DNA from: Fimbriosthenelais zetlandica
Taxonomy: Eukaryota
Assembly (NCBI GenBank): GCA_977030845.1
Contig: OZ365111.1
Location: forward strand, 46,376,001-46,440,000
Length of the DNA stretch: 64,000 bases
Direction: 5' to 3'
A program made the translations under genes and the position numbers. The notes below the pieces were generated by a model, which was not told where the DNA came from, searched no databases, and saw only the letters and a program-made list of their open reading frames with translations. Below, one piece after another: positions 63,021-64,000 of the stretch. Numbering within the stretch: the first letter of the stretch is position 1; the number at the start of each line of letters is the position of its first letter.

Positions 63021-63850
63021 TGTGCCAGTCATCGGCCAATACTAATCCACTTAAAGCTTTCTCAAGTAATTCATGGGACAGATTGTATTTGGTGGTTTTT
63101 ACCTTTTAACTGCTGATGGATTGGTGGGTGTCGTTACAAGAGCAATAACTCTGGAAGTTTCTTTTTATTAAAATTAAGTGATGTACAAATGAACATTCGT
63201 CATGTCATATAGGGAAAACCTGAAATTGAGCTTGGTTGATGAAAGAACTATTTAGTATAATATTTCTGACAGGGTCGAACTGGCCTGTAAAATGGAAGTC
63301 TGGTCTTTTGATATGAAGTACCAGATAATTTAGTATAGGTTCTCAAAAGCACTCTCTGGAAGGAGTTGCCAATATAGCCTAGGATCCATTTGAATCAAGC
63401 GCCAGGGAAGGAATCTCCCATCAACCTATAGAGTTAGCATAAGGAGAGAGATGGCCATTAAGGGCAATGATACGTATTCCAGTGTCGAGGTACATCTGTG
63501 AATGGGGCCTATTTACACACACCAATCCCACACCGCTACAGTCCCTTCCTCACCGCCTCTTCCATTCTGATTCAGACTTCTTGGTGAAGGAGAATCCATA
63601 AAAGCGACCAGCTTAGTCCAATATTCCAGTCAATCAACGACCATCAACACATAGCCGACGACCGGAAACCCAATGACCATGTGATATATTGGCCAGCCAA
63701 TCAGGGGCCTTGATGGTGTGGAGAGGGGTTAGTTTGCTGAGGCTGACAATGGAGGTGGTGGTGAAAAATGAAAAAAGCGCATGGCTTATTTACAGCTATG
63801 TCCTCCTGCCCGAGATCTAACACTGAAAATATGAGGGGAAGGGGGGGGGA

Positions 63851-63873
63851 GGAGAGAGAGAGAGAGAGAGAGA

Positions 63874-63935
<62 letters not shown>

Positions 63936-63961
63936 AAGACAGCGACAGAGAGAGACAGAGA
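63851..63961. repeat. (GA)n microsatellite
   Basis: Long near-perfect GA run; source of the SLSLSL ORFs. Confidence 0.97.
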
Positions 63962-64000
63962 CATGGAAGTGCAACTTTTGAGTCCCGCTATCAAAGAAAA

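Noticed and set aside
63701-63994. SLSLSL ORFs and an apparent acceptor at 63823
   Set aside because: The (GA)n tract supplies both the ORFs and the pyrimidine tract; the downstream frames close quickly and are not protein-like.
1-64000. tRNA, SINE A/B boxes, rRNA, CRISPR arrays or prokaryote-style operons
   Set aside because: No paired A/B boxes, cloverleaf, rRNA motifs, repeat-spacer arrays or long ORFs were found; the sequence is eukaryotic and intron-like.

Overview
Metazoan genomic DNA, AT-rich and intron-like throughout. No prokaryotic features, rRNA, tRNA or CRISPR arrays were seen. The abundant TAGGCCTA motifs, G-tracts and CR1/L2-type fossils suggest an invertebrate deuterostome such as an echinoderm, but this is inference only. 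One convincing protein-coding exon is visible: minus strand 53917-54177, 261 nt, phase 1-1, encoding a product I cannot identify. A likely first exon with a perfect donor lies at 62075, next to a CpG-rich housekeeping-type promoter at about 62280-62430. I found no convincing downstream coding exon in the remaining ~54 kb, which reads as a very long intron or intergenic DNA. That stretch carries many heavily decayed LINE (CR1/L2-like) endonuclease/RT fragments, mostly on the minus strand, plus MITE-like inverted repeats, a 39-bp minisatellite, microsatellites and several regulatory-motif clusters. Almost all ORFs in the supplied track are artefacts or LINE remnants. The most interesting observations are the unidentified gene, a textbook recursive-splice (AG|GT) site at 22505-22528, a promoter-like 4x E-box/BANP/E2F module at 21785-21900, a tandem-duplicated splice acceptor, and a TAGGCCTA-dense first intron. 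LINE calls come from by-eye motif matching and their boundaries are approximate.
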